Positions 39,793 to 49,278 of a stretch of 64,000 bases of DNA are shown piece after piece. The number at the start of each line of letters is the position of its first letter. Positions within the stretch are counted from its first letter, which is position 1. The translations under genes and the position numbers were made by a program. The stretch spans positions 2,144,001 to 2,208,000 of the forward strand of contig CAWCKH010000004.1 of assembly GCA_963796055.1 (NCBI GenBank). Reading direction: 5' to 3'. Under the pieces are notes generated by a model. The model searched no databases and had not been told where the DNA came from. It saw only the letters and a program-made list of their open reading frames with translations. The stretch is from an uncultured delta proteobacterium (GTDB lineage Bacteria; Myxococcota; Myxococcia; Myxococcales; Myxococcaceae).

Positions 39793-41208
39793 CTAGGGGT
39801 TCAGCGGCCGGATCCGGAGGTTGTCGAAGTGCACCTTCGACTCCCACCCGGAGAGCCCGAAGTACCGGTGGGCAGGGCCACGCAGCGGGTCGGGGTCGTC
39901 CAGGGTCAGGAACGGCTGACCGTCGACCAGCCAGGTGAGGACCCGGGCCTGGCGGCGGATGGTCCAGTGGTACTTCTTCCCGGGCTCCACCCGCGGGTCG
40001 GCGCGCGTCACCCGGTCGGCGGCATGCTCGTGCTGCCGGGCGATGGCGGAGAGGGTGTTCCGCCAGCCCCCCATCACCAGCACGTACCCGGTAGCGTCGT
40101 ACGCCGCGCCGAGGTTGCCGCGGTGGAACGACTGCCCGTCCCCGAAGACCTCGACCTTCATGTCGCCGTCGGGGCTGTCGGTCCACACGTCGAGGTCGAT
40201 GACCACGTCGTCGGGCATGGGCTTCCGGAGCCACACCGGGTGGTTGTGGGCGTTCTGCAACACCGCCGAGCCCTGCTGGATGGAGACCGCGCCGGGATCG
40301 GTGGCCAGCCAGTCCGGCCCCAGCTGGGCACGGTCGAAGTCATCGGAGAACGGACCCGCGGCGGGCTCGGACGGTGCGGCGGCCACCGGCGCGAAGCCTC
40401 CCCCGGTCGCCGGGGTGACCCGGAGGTCGTCGTAATAGACGTCCCACTCGCCGCTGGAGAGACCGAGCCGGTCGTGCCCCGGCCCGTTGAGCGGGAAGGG
40501 GTCGTCGAGCTCGGCCATCAGCCGCCCGTCCACCGTCCACCGCAGCGCCGAGCCACGGCGCTCGAAGCGCATCCGGTAGACGTGCGTCGGGTCGAGGGTG
40601 ACCGTCGGCGCCTCGACGCGAAGGGCGGAGTCCTTGCTGAACCCCGCCGAGCGCAGGTCTCCCGGCACCCGCGCCCGGGAGAGCCATCTCGCCAAGGGGG
40701 CGCCGTTCTCGTCCAGCCGCACCAGGCTCGGGCCGAGGCGCTGCGGCGAGCCCATCGGACTCCACGGACCGAGGACCGTCTGGTAGCCGGTGTCGGCGTC
40801 GATCCCGTTGCCGAAGAGCGTGACCCGGATCTCGCCCTCGGGGCTGATGGGCCGGGCGGACACCTCCACCACCACGTCGGGAGGGAGGGCGGCGTCGAGC
40901 CAGAGCGGGTTGTTCTTCGTGCCCGGCGAGAGCAGTTCTCCACCGATCACCCGCGGGTAACCGCCCACCGAGCGGTAGTTGCGCGCCACGGTGCCCGGGT
41001 CCGAGAAGTCGTCCGAGAAGGGCACGCGTCCAGCGGGCCTGGGCTCGCTCCGGACGAGCAGATGGAGGACCGGCAGGTTCACCAGGAAGACGACGGCGCC
41101 GATCACCAGCCAGCCCTTGCGCCCGAGCGGCGCCGGACGACCGGGGGCGACGGCTTCCGCCCCCACCTCGGTCCCAGGCGCCCCGGCCGAGGCAGGACGC
41201 CGCCTCAC
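39793..41208 (-). CDS. Membrane-anchored protein with two tandem ConA/LamG-like beta-sandwich domains
   Basis: One TM, then two repeats PFSDDF...N.P.WL...P.DVV...FG.G...GY...VDG.....DDP.PL.GP.H. Confidence 0.7.
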   Translation of the reverse strand: MRRRPASAGAPGTEVGAEAVAPGRPAPLGRKGWLVIGAVVFLVNLPVLHLLVRSEPRPAGRVPFSDDFSDPGTVARNYRSVGGYPRVIGGELLSPGTKNNPLWLDAALPPDVVVEVSARPISPEGEIRVTLFGNGIDADTGYQTVLGPWSPMGSPQRLGPSLVRLDENGAPLARWLSRARVPGDLRSAGFSKDSALRVEAPTVTLDPTHVYRMRFERRGSALRWTVDGRLMAELDDPFPLNGPGHDRLGLSSGEWDVYYDDLRVTPATGGGFAPVAAAPSEPAAGPFSDDFDRAQLGPDWLATDPGAVSIQQGSAVLQNAHNHPVWLRKPMPDDVVIDLDVWTDSPDGDMKVEVFGDGQSFHRGNLGAAYDATGYVLVMGGWRNTLSAIARQHEHAADRVTRADPRVEPGKKYHWTIRRQARVLTWLVDGQPFLTLDDPDPLRGPAHRYFGLSGWESKVHFDNLRIRPLNP

Positions 41209-41462
41209 GGGTGTGCGCTCCGCAGCACGGCCACCAGGATCAGCAAGAGGAAGCAGAGCGCCGCCACCGCCCCGTAGGCGAGGAGGGGCCAGGCCACGTC
41301 GGTCCGGGCGAGGAGGTCTCGGGCCTCGGCCGCCTCCTTGTCGCGGGGCTGGGTGGTCAGCGCCTTCTCGGCGAGGCGCCGGGCGGCCACCACGTCGCCC
41401 ATGGTCAGTGCCTGCTGTGCCCGGCGGAGCGCCTCGGCCGGTTCGGAATCGGATGCCTTCAT
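41205..41462 (-). CDS. Small membrane protein (helical domain plus C-terminal TM)
   Basis: 85 aa, stop overlaps next GTG. Confidence 0.6.
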   Translation of the reverse strand: MKASDSEPAEALRRAQQALTMGDVVAARRLAEKALTTQPRDKEAAEARDLLARTDVAWPLLAYGAVAALCFLLLILVAVLRSAHP

Positions 41463-41576
41463 GTCAGGGAGATGAACGCCGGGGCCCGTCTATACACGCC
41501 CTGGAGGGCAGGATGAAGCGGGCCGCGACCGCTGTTGCAAAGGCGGGCGTGCTAAGCGAGCCCCAGGCTCCAGCGA

Positions 41577-42326
41577 ATGGCGTTCCCCCTCTCTCGACGA
41601 GCTCTCCTGGGTAGCCTGCCGCTCCTGACCCTGGGCCGCCGCGCGCTGGCCTTCGGCGAGGGGGCGCGTTTCGTCCCCGGCGTCGCGGAGCACGGCGGGC
41701 GCTGGGACGGGCGGCTGTCCGGGCTCCGGCGGCTCGCCTGGGAGCTGCAGCGGCGCACCTCGGTGGAGGTGGTGCCCGAGGCGCGCGGGCTCGCGCTCAC
41801 CAGCCCGCGGCTGTTCGACCACCCCTTCCTCTACTTCGGAGGCGACGGCGACTTCCCGCCTCTCTCGGCCCTGGAGGTGGAGGCGCTGCGCCGGTACCTC
41901 GTGTTCGGGGGCTTCGTCCTGGCCGATGCAAACGACGCCAGCGGTGGGCGGGGGTTCGACGCCAGCTTCCGCCGCGAGCTCGCCCGGGTGCTCCCCGGTT
42001 CTGCGCTGGAGCCGGTGCCGAGCACCCACGTGCTGTTCAAGAGCTTCTATCTGCTCGACTCCGCCCCGGGCCGGGTCTTCCTCCATCCGCAGCTGCACAT
42101 GGTGAACCTCGGCAACCGGGTCGCGGTGGTGTACTCGCAGAACGACCTCGCCGGGGCCTGGGAGCGCGACGAGGGTGGCGCCTACGCCTACGAGGTCTCG
42201 CCGGGCGGTGAGCCGCAGCGCGAGCTGGCGGTGCGGGTGGGGATCAACGTCTGCATGTACGCGCTCTGCCTCGACTACAAGGACGATGCGGTGCACCTCC
42301 CGCTGATCCTCAAGAAGCGGAGATGA
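41577..42326 (+). CDS. DUF4159-family protein
   Basis: Tat-like SRRALL, PFLY, LRRYL..GGF...D, H.LF.SFY, NDL.GAW, GIN..MYAL..DYK.D.VH. Confidence 0.85.
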   Translation: MAFPLSRRALLGSLPLLTLGRRALAFGEGARFVPGVAEHGGRWDGRLSGLRRLAWELQRRTSVEVVPEARGLALTSPRLFDHPFLYFGGDGDFPPLSALEVEALRRYLVFGGFVLADANDASGGRGFDASFRRELARVLPGSALEPVPSTHVLFKSFYLLDSAPGRVFLHPQLHMVNLGNRVAVVYSQNDLAGAWERDEGGAYAYEVSPGGEPQRELAVRVGINVCMYALCLDYKDDAVHLPLILKKRR

Positions 42327-44608
42327 ACGGAGGCTCCATCACCACCTGGCGGCTGGTGAGCCTCTCTCCGCTTCCGGCCTGGGCGCTCGGGCTCCTCACC
42401 GTGCTGGTGCTTGCGGGAGTGGTGCTGGCGGTGCTCGGGCTCCGGCGCGAGCCGTCGACGTTCCGCCGTCGGGTGCTCCTGGTGCTCCGGCTCCTGGCCG
42501 GGGCGATGGCGCTCTTCTTCCTCCTCGAGCCCGGGCTGCGGCAGCTGGCCCAGGTGCGGGTGAAGAACCGGCTGGCGGTCCTGGTGGACCGCAGCGCGAG
42601 CATGGGCTTCCCGGTGCGACCGGATGGCCAGACCCGGGCTGCGGCGGCGGCCGAGGCGCTGGACCGCTTCGCCTCCGGCCTGGAGGCGCTCCGCGATCGG
42701 TACCAGGTGGAGGTCCTCGGCTTCTCTCCGGAGCTCGCCCCGGTCTCGTCGGAAGCACTGCGTACTCCGGGGACCGGCAACCGGACGGATCTCATGGCCG
42801 CGCTGCGGGCGCTGAAGGCGACCGACACCGGGGGCAGCCGCAAGCTCGCCGGCGCGATCCTCCTCTCGGACGGGGCGGACAACGCCGAGCTGCTGGCCGG
42901 GCTCCAGCCGCGCCAGGCGGACGAGCTGCGCGCGCTGGGGTTCCCGGTCTCCACCATCCGGGTGGGCGAGCCGGCGCTGGTGGATCTGGCCGTGGAGGCG
43001 GTGAAGGTGGACGACTTCGCCTTCGTCCGGAACGCGGTGACGGTGGATCTCGAGCTGCACGCCCGGGGGCTGAAGGGCCGCGACGTGCCGGTGGTCCTGC
43101 AACGCGAGGGGCTCACCGTCGGCACCCGCACCGTGCGCCTCGACCAGGACGACCAGCGGACGCCGGTCTCCTTCACCTTCACCCCGGACCAGACCGGCCG
43201 CTTCGTCTACACGGTGGGTGCACCGGTGTTCCCGGGCGAGGCGGTGGTGGAGAACAACAGCCGCTCGTTCGTGCTGAAGGTCATCCGCGACCGGGTCCGG
43301 GTGCTGCTGGTGGTGGGTCGTCCCAGCTGGGACGAGCGGTTCCTCCGGGGGCTGCTGAAGCAGGACCCCAACGTGGACCTGGTCTCGTTCTACATCCTCC
43401 GCACCTCGTCCGACGACACCCAGACCCGGAACCCTGAGCGCGAGCTGTCGCTGATTCCCTTCCCGATGGGGGAGATCTTCGACACCAAGCTCCACACCTT
43501 CGACGTGGTGGTGTTCCAGAACTTCGGCTACGCCGAGCCAGCGCTGTCCATCGCCAGCTACGAGCGGAACCTCGAGCAGTACGTGACAGGGGGCGGGGCG
43601 CTGCTGGTCATCGGCGGGGACCACGCCTTCGGCGAGGGGCGGGCAGCCTACCCCGTGCTGGATCGTGCCCTCCCGGTGGACCCGAGTGGGGCCCCGGCGG
43701 TGGTGGAGCCGTTCAAGGTGAAGCTCACTCCGGACGGGCTCCGGCACCCGGTGATGCGGGTCCAGACCACGGAGGGGGGAACGCAGTCCTCCTGGGACGA
43801 GCTGCCGCCGGCGAGCGGGCTGAACGTGGTGCGGGTGAAGCAGGGGGCGACGGTGCTGCTGGCGCACCCGAGCTTGAAGGTGGACGGGCAGCCGGCGCCG
43901 GTGCTCGCTCTCTGGGACCACGGCCGCGGCCGGGCCATGGCGATGATGATGGACGACAGCTGGACCTGGGCGTTCACCGCGCGCCGCACCGGCGAGCAGA
44001 ACCGCCACTACGACCGGTTCTGGAGCAACGCCCTGCGCTGGCTGGTGCGTGACCCGGACCTGACCACGCTTCAAGTCACCGCCGATCCGCCCACGGTCGA
44101 GCCCGGGCACGCGGTGGGGGCGGTGGTCACCGCCCGCCAGCCGGACTACCAGCCCGCGGGCTCGGCCGAGGTGCGGGTGGACCTCTTCTCCCTCGCCGAG
44201 CGAAAGGTGCTCCAGACGCGGGCGGCCACCGCCGGGCCGGACGGGGTGGCCCGCGTGGCGTTCGACCCGGTGCCTGCCGGCGCGTACAAGCTCCGGGCGA
44301 CCGCCAGGCTGAGCGGAAAGGACCTGGGCGAGGCGGACGATGCAGTGGCGGTGCGGTCGGTGGGCCCGGAGATGGCCGACGCCTGGGTCCGGACCGATCT
44401 GCTGGTGGACATCGCCCGGGCGACCGGGGGCCGCGGCTACGAGCTACCGATGGGTGGATTCCCCGATGCTCCGCTGCTGGATCCGCCCCTGGTCGAGGTC
44501 GGGCGGAGCAAGGACGCGCCGCTCTGGGATCGCTGGGGCTGGCTGGTGGCGCTGGCGGTGCTGCTCGGCGCCGAGTGGTTCCTCCGCCGGCGGTTCGGCT
44601 ACATATGA
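42323..44608 (+). CDS. Membrane protein with VWA-like and class I glutamine amidotransferase-like domains
   Basis: N-terminal TMs, DRSASM and LSDG, V.GGG.LLVIGG, G.GR, C-terminal EWFLRRR.G. Confidence 0.82.
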   Translation: MNGGSITTWRLVSLSPLPAWALGLLTVLVLAGVVLAVLGLRREPSTFRRRVLLVLRLLAGAMALFFLLEPGLRQLAQVRVKNRLAVLVDRSASMGFPVRPDGQTRAAAAAEALDRFASGLEALRDRYQVEVLGFSPELAPVSSEALRTPGTGNRTDLMAALRALKATDTGGSRKLAGAILLSDGADNAELLAGLQPRQADELRALGFPVSTIRVGEPALVDLAVEAVKVDDFAFVRNAVTVDLELHARGLKGRDVPVVLQREGLTVGTRTVRLDQDDQRTPVSFTFTPDQTGRFVYTVGAPVFPGEAVVENNSRSFVLKVIRDRVRVLLVVGRPSWDERFLRGLLKQDPNVDLVSFYILRTSSDDTQTRNPERELSLIPFPMGEIFDTKLHTFDVVVFQNFGYAEPALSIASYERNLEQYVTGGGALLVIGGDHAFGEGRAAYPVLDRALPVDPSGAPAVVEPFKVKLTPDGLRHPVMRVQTTEGGTQSSWDELPPASGLNVVRVKQGATVLLAHPSLKVDGQPAPVLALWDHGRGRAMAMMMDDSWTWAFTARRTGEQNRHYDRFWSNALRWLVRDPDLTTLQVTADPPTVEPGHAVGAVVTARQPDYQPAGSAEVRVDLFSLAERKVLQTRAATAGPDGVARVAFDPVPAGAYKLRATARLSGKDLGEADDAVAVRSVGPEMADAWVRTDLLVDIARATGGRGYELPMGGFPDAPLLDPPLVEVGRSKDAPLWDRWGWLVALAVLLGAEWFLRRRFGYI

Positions 44609-44609
44609 G

Positions 44610-44993
44610 TCAGTTCGGCTCGCGGTCGAGCCAGCTGGCCTGGGCCGGCAGGCGGCGTGGGCCGGGGGCCAGAGCCGGGCCGCGGCAGGACCGGCACCAG
44701 GACTGGGCGACCCGCCGGCCGCGCAGGGTGCGAACCCCGAATTCGCGCAGGGTGTCCCCGACGCGCTGGCAGCGTGGGCAGCGGCTCCAGCGGGGGAGCT
44801 CGGTGGCCTCCCGGGCCTTCCGCCCATGTTCCACCACCAGCGCCAGGGCCTTGGCGAAGCCGACCTGCCACCGGGGATCGACGTGCACCGACGTGCCCTG
44901 ACTCCGGCCCCGGGATCCAGGACGCACGAGGTCCACGCCGCCGAGCAGCGACTGCTGTTCGAGGAGCGAAGGTGGACGGGCGGTACGTTCCAT
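44610..44993 (-). CDS. Hypothetical Zn-ribbon protein
   Basis: CPRC...FG.R......QSWCRSC. Confidence 0.55.
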   Translation of the reverse strand: MERTARPPSLLEQQSLLGGVDLVRPGSRGRSQGTSVHVDPRWQVGFAKALALVVEHGRKAREATELPRWSRCPRCQRVGDTLREFGVRTLRGRRVAQSWCRSCRGPALAPGPRRLPAQASWLDREPN

Positions 44994-45162
44994 GGAGGGA
45001 CACACTACTGCTGGGGGCTGACAATCCGTTCAGTGGTGCCCACGGCGAACCTCTGGCTCAGCGCCGTCGGAATCGCCTGCGCGGCCGGAGAAGCCGCACC
45101 CGGTGGTCGGGGACAGGCAGCAGACCGAGGCCTGACCCGGCGCCAGGAAGGCGCCGCCAGCC

Positions 45163-45447
45163 TCACCGCGCGCCGGGCTTTGGTGGTGGCCCTTCATAAC
45201 GGTAGCAGGCGACCGGGGGATCCCCCGGCAGGAACGCGGTGAGCACGTACCCGTTCGGCGCGAGCTCGATCGCGTCCCGCTCGAGTGCCTGCGCCAGCTC
45301 CTGGCCGCTCTTCCCGCGGGCGTCGGCCACCGGGCGGCAGACCACCGGCTTCACCGCGGTACCTCCGGCGTGCCCCGGCTTCGTGTCCGCTGCGGAGGCC
45401 CCCGCCGCCACCATGCATCCCAGCACCAGCCAAGCTCTCGACCTCAT
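45163..45447 (-). CDS. Small secreted hypothetical protein
   Basis: Signal peptide, two Cys in the mature part, RBS upstream. Confidence 0.55.
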   Translation of the reverse strand: MRSRAWLVLGCMVAAGASAADTKPGHAGGTAVKPVVCRPVADARGKSGQELAQALERDAIELAPNGYVLTAFLPGDPPVACYRYEGPPPKPGAR

Positions 45448-45483
45448 CGCGCGCGCTCCTCCGCCCGTGCGTCGGGCCGAGGC

Positions 45484-47085
45484 TCACCCGGGGCGGCCGC
45501 CCCTCGCAAGAGGGACTCCCCGGGAAGGCTCCCCTCCGTTGCCCAGTGGAACCGGGAGCACGCGGCTGCAGCCGTAGGCCGGGGCCCAGACTTCCTGGAC
45601 CTCGCGGGAGTTGATGAAGGCCGCGATGCGGCGGAACGCCTCGCGTGGCCCGCCCAGCCGTTCCGCCCAGGCAAGACCGGCCAGGGACAGGTTGGGGACC
45701 GGCGGGCCGAGGCTCCGTCCCGAGCGCCCCGCCGCGGGTCCGTCGCTCCGCACCCGCTCCGGGACGAGCAGCGGAGCGAAGCGGGCGTGCCGGTGGGCCG
45801 GGACGCATCCCTCGGACTCCAGCAGGGTGGCGGCCAGTGGGAGCTCGCGCAGGTTGAAGACCAGCTTGCAGTCGCCGGCATGCGGATCGAACGCGCCGAC
45901 CAGCCGGTGGTCCCCCCGGGGGATGAGTCTCCGGTCCAGGTAGCAGAAGCCGCGCGCGCTCGCGGGAAGGCCGCCGCGGTGGCGCGCCCCTGCCCAGCGG
46001 TGGAAGGACCGCACCGCACCCGGGTCGGCGCAGGTGGGGAGCCCGGGCATGCGCCGCAGCGCCTCGAGCTTGGGGAGCAGCGGACGGGGAATCCGCTGCG
46101 CCCGCGCGAAGCGCTCGAGGTCGCGGGCGTGGAGGAAGGCGTCGACCCGGGCGAAGAGCCGCGCCGGATCGTCGTCGACCAGCAGCTCGTCGAAGCGCGT
46201 CTTGAGCCCGGTGCAGCTCACCGGAACGAGCACATCCAGCGGCTCGCCGGAGTCGCGCCAGCGGCCATCCAGTTGCTCCGCCTCGGCCGGCACCGGTCGC
46301 AGACTCCACTCCGGGCCGTCGATCTTGAAAGCCCTCGGTCGCGTGCGCTCCAGGGGACCGGAGCCGGGCGCCCAGGCCCGGAACCGCGCGGAGGGCGCCG
46401 GACCTCGCCGGGTCCGCCAGACCGTGATGCAGGTCCGCACCCGGGTCCCGGCGAACGCCCCAGCGCCGAGGTCGACCACCTCGCGCAACGTGAGCCGGTC
46501 CAGGAGCCGCCGGCGAAGCGGGGCGTACAGAAAGGCGTCGAGGAGCGTGGCCGAGGTGACCCAGGCCAGGACGCCGGGATGGTGGGCCAGCCGCTCCGAG
46601 GCCAGCAGGAGGAAGAAGGCGTAGTCGTCGCGGAGGCTGGTCCCGCGGGGAAGGGCGCCGTCGAGGCCGAGCCGGGCCAGGAGGGCGCGGTAGGCCGGTG
46701 GATCGCGGAGCAGCGGTGAGGTGCCGTTGTACGGAGGATTGCCCAGCCAGAGCTCCTCGCCGCCGGATGGGAGGCTCTGGACCAGCGCATCCCAGCCTCC
46801 TCGGAGAGCGTCGCCCTCGAGGATCCGGGCAGGGGGAACGGCGCGGCGGGCGGCGGCGGTGTGGCGGCCGTCCAGCTCCAGCCCGTGAAGTCGAGCGCGG
46901 GGAAGTGCCCGGGCAGCAGCAGCGAGGAAGCCCCCGTTCCCGCAGGCCGGGTCCACGACGGTGAGCGATGCGGGCCCGAGGTGCGGAATCGCGAGCGCGA
47001 GCACCGCGTCCACCAGCGGTGGGGGCGTGAAGTACTCGCCGTGGATCCTCCGCGCCTCGGCGGACGGGGCTGGCACACCGCCCAT
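45484..47085 (-). CDS. N6-adenine DNA methyltransferase with C-terminal specificity-like region
   Basis: GEYFTP, DPACGNG.FL (motif I), GNPPY (motif IV), Y..LR..L. Confidence 0.88.
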   Translation of the reverse strand: MGGVPAPSAEARRIHGEYFTPPPLVDAVLALAIPHLGPASLTVVDPACGNGGFLAAAARALPRARLHGLELDGRHTAAARRAVPPARILEGDALRGGWDALVQSLPSGGEELWLGNPPYNGTSPLLRDPPAYRALLARLGLDGALPRGTSLRDDYAFFLLLASERLAHHPGVLAWVTSATLLDAFLYAPLRRRLLDRLTLREVVDLGAGAFAGTRVRTCITVWRTRRGPAPSARFRAWAPGSGPLERTRPRAFKIDGPEWSLRPVPAEAEQLDGRWRDSGEPLDVLVPVSCTGLKTRFDELLVDDDPARLFARVDAFLHARDLERFARAQRIPRPLLPKLEALRRMPGLPTCADPGAVRSFHRWAGARHRGGLPASARGFCYLDRRLIPRGDHRLVGAFDPHAGDCKLVFNLRELPLAATLLESEGCVPAHRHARFAPLLVPERVRSDGPAAGRSGRSLGPPVPNLSLAGLAWAERLGGPREAFRRIAAFINSREVQEVWAPAYGCSRVLPVPLGNGGEPSRGVPLARGGRPG

Positions 47086-47116
47086 CCTACCGTCGGGACC
47101 GACGCGTCCCGGCGGC

Positions 47117-47470
47117 TCAGTGGCTGGCTGGCACGCCGGCGTGAGCAGCCGCTCCCGGAACAGTGCGAACCCGAGGATCCCGTCGCCGGACCAGAGGAAG
47201 CTGGCGAATGGCGTTGCCGCCGGGATCGCCTGCCTGGACCGCGCCGGTGGCGGCGAGCCCAAGGCTCTGGGCCAGCTCCGGAGAGACCAGAGCCTCGGAG
47301 CTGGTCCCGGTGTCGATGCCGAATGTGAACGGTCCCTTGTCGTTCACCAGGACCTGCACGAACGGCATGTTGCGCCGGAGCTCCATCGGCGCGACGTGTG
47401 CTCCGGCGTCGGTGCCGGCCCACGAGGCAGTGCCCAGAACGAGACCCGGCAGCGTGCAAAGGACTCGCAT
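47117..47470 (-). pseudogene. Retropepsin-like aspartyl protease relic
   Basis: Signal peptide, PFVQV.VN.KGPF.F.IDTG; DGILG..LF...LT in another frame after a deletion. Confidence 0.7.
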
Positions 47471-47573
47471 CAAGCCTCCTGTCTGGCTGGCCCAACGTTC
47501 TGGATCCGGCCCGATTGCTCCCCATGCAGCGAAGGAGGAGCATCCGCTCGCGGTGGGCCTCCCGGGAGGACAC

Positions 47574-48245
47574 ATGGCGTTCATCGGCTTCGACGTGTAC
47601 GGCACGCTGGTGGACCCGTTGGCGATGGACGCGCCCTTGCGCGAGCACGTCGGTGACCTCGCCGAGCGGTTCGCCGCCATCTGGCGGGAGCGGCAGATCG
47701 ACTGGGCCTTCCGCCGGGCGCTGATGGGCCGCTATGCCGACTTCGACGTGGTGACCCGCGAGGCGTTCCGGGCCACGTCGGCGGTGCTCGGGCTGGATCT
47801 GCAGACAGCCGAGGCCGGCCTGCTCGACACGTATCGGCGGCTCCCGGCATTCGCCGATGCGTTCGAGGGGCTGACGCAGCTCGCCGAGGCCGGTCACCGG
47901 CTGGTCGCGTTCAGCAACGGGGTCGGCGCCACGCTGCGGGGCCTGCTCACCCACGCCCGGCTCATGCCGCCGCTGGCGGACGTGGTCAGCGTGGACGAGG
48001 TCCGGACGTACAAGCCGAGCCCGGCCGTGTACCAGCACCTGGTCGCGCGGGGCGGACAGACCGCCGAGCGGACCTGGCTCGTCTCCGCGAACGCCTGGGA
48101 CGTGCTCGGGGCCAGGTCGGCGGGCCTCAGGGCCGCGTGGATCCGCCGTTCGCCCGGGGCGCACTGGGACGGGGGTGGCATCGCCGAGCCGGACCTCGTG
48201 GTCTCCTCCATCGGCGAACTGCCTGCCCGGATGCGAGGTGCCTGA
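47574..48245 (+). CDS. Haloacid dehalogenase type II (HAD superfamily)
   Basis: FDVYGTLVD, WR..Q, SNG, YKP...VY, VSAN.WDV.GA. Confidence 0.92.
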   Translation: MAFIGFDVYGTLVDPLAMDAPLREHVGDLAERFAAIWRERQIDWAFRRALMGRYADFDVVTREAFRATSAVLGLDLQTAEAGLLDTYRRLPAFADAFEGLTQLAEAGHRLVAFSNGVGATLRGLLTHARLMPPLADVVSVDEVRTYKPSPAVYQHLVARGGQTAERTWLVSANAWDVLGARSAGLRAAWIRRSPGAHWDGGGIAEPDLVVSSIGELPARMRGA

Positions 48246-48317
48246 CCCGCTGGACGTTCAGGCCCAGGAGGGGGAGTCTCCCGCCTCGGCGGAGCCTCTC
48301 TCGACCCGAGGTGGACG

Positions 48318-48770
48318 ATGAACGAGACCGAAACGACGGGGATGATCGACACGCTGAACCAGATCCTCGAGCTGGAGCTCGCGGGAGTCGTTCGCTACTC
48401 GCACTACTCGCTGATGATCTTCGGGCACGCGCGCATCCCGATCGTCTCCTGGATGCGCACCCAGGCGACCGAGGCGCTCGCCCATGCAGTGGCGGCGGGC
48501 GAGTATGTCACCGCGCTCGGAGGTCACCCCTCGCTCGCCATCGGCAAGCTGCTGGAGACCCACAAGCACGACATCGACCAGATCCTCCGCGAGGCGCTGG
48601 AGCACGAGCTGGAGGGCATCGCCGCCTACAAGAAGCTTCTGCAGCAGACCGAGGGCAAGAGCGTGGTCCTCGAGGAGTACGCCCGGAAGATGATCCACGG
48701 CGAGGAGACCCACGTCATGGACATCGAGAAGATGCTCCGCCGCCCCGGCAAGCTCGAGCCGGCGCGCTGA
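48318..48770 (+). CDS. Bacterioferritin-like ferritin-family protein
   Basis: LN.ILE.EL, E...HA, LGG.P, E...Y, EE.H. Confidence 0.85.
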   Translation: MNETETTGMIDTLNQILELELAGVVRYSHYSLMIFGHARIPIVSWMRTQATEALAHAVAAGEYVTALGGHPSLAIGKLLETHKHDIDQILREALEHELEGIAAYKKLLQQTEGKSVVLEEYARKMIHGEETHVMDIEKMLRRPGKLEPAR

Positions 48771-48780
48771 CACGCGGGCC

Positions 48781-49239
48781 TTCCATCTCCCCAGGCCCGC
48801 ACCCGAGAGCGCTGCCTTCGGGCGGCTAACCATCGAGGTCGATGGCAAGCCGCTGGACGTGCTCTTCGACACCGGTGCGACCACCGAGCTCGGTCCCGAC
48901 GCGCTGGCGAAGCTCGGTGACGGGGGTGCGGCACAGCGGGCCACCAGCTTCATGAAGGCCGCCGTCTTCGACCGCTGGCGCTCGGCCCATCCCGACTGGA
49001 TGGCGGTCCAGAAGGCGGAGGTCCGGACCGGTGCGGACATGATCCGCGTTCCGGCCGTCGTGGTCGCCGGGCAGCAGGTCGGCCCAGTGTGGTTCACCCG
49101 CCGCCCGGACGTGGCCTTCGACAGCTTCATGTCCTCGATGATGGATGCGCCGGTGGTGGGCGCCCTCGGGGGAAGTGGCCTCCGGTACTTCCGGATCACC
49201 GTGGACTACGCGCAGGGCGTGGCGATCTTCGAGCGCTGA
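48781..49239 (+). pseudogene. C-terminal fragment of a retropepsin-like protein
   Basis: IEVDGKPLDVLFDTGAT...GALGG...FRITVDY; no convincing start or RBS. Confidence 0.6.
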
Positions 49240-49278
49240 GCCGGCGCTCGCCGCGGGGGCGCGACGGCTGGTTGCGCC

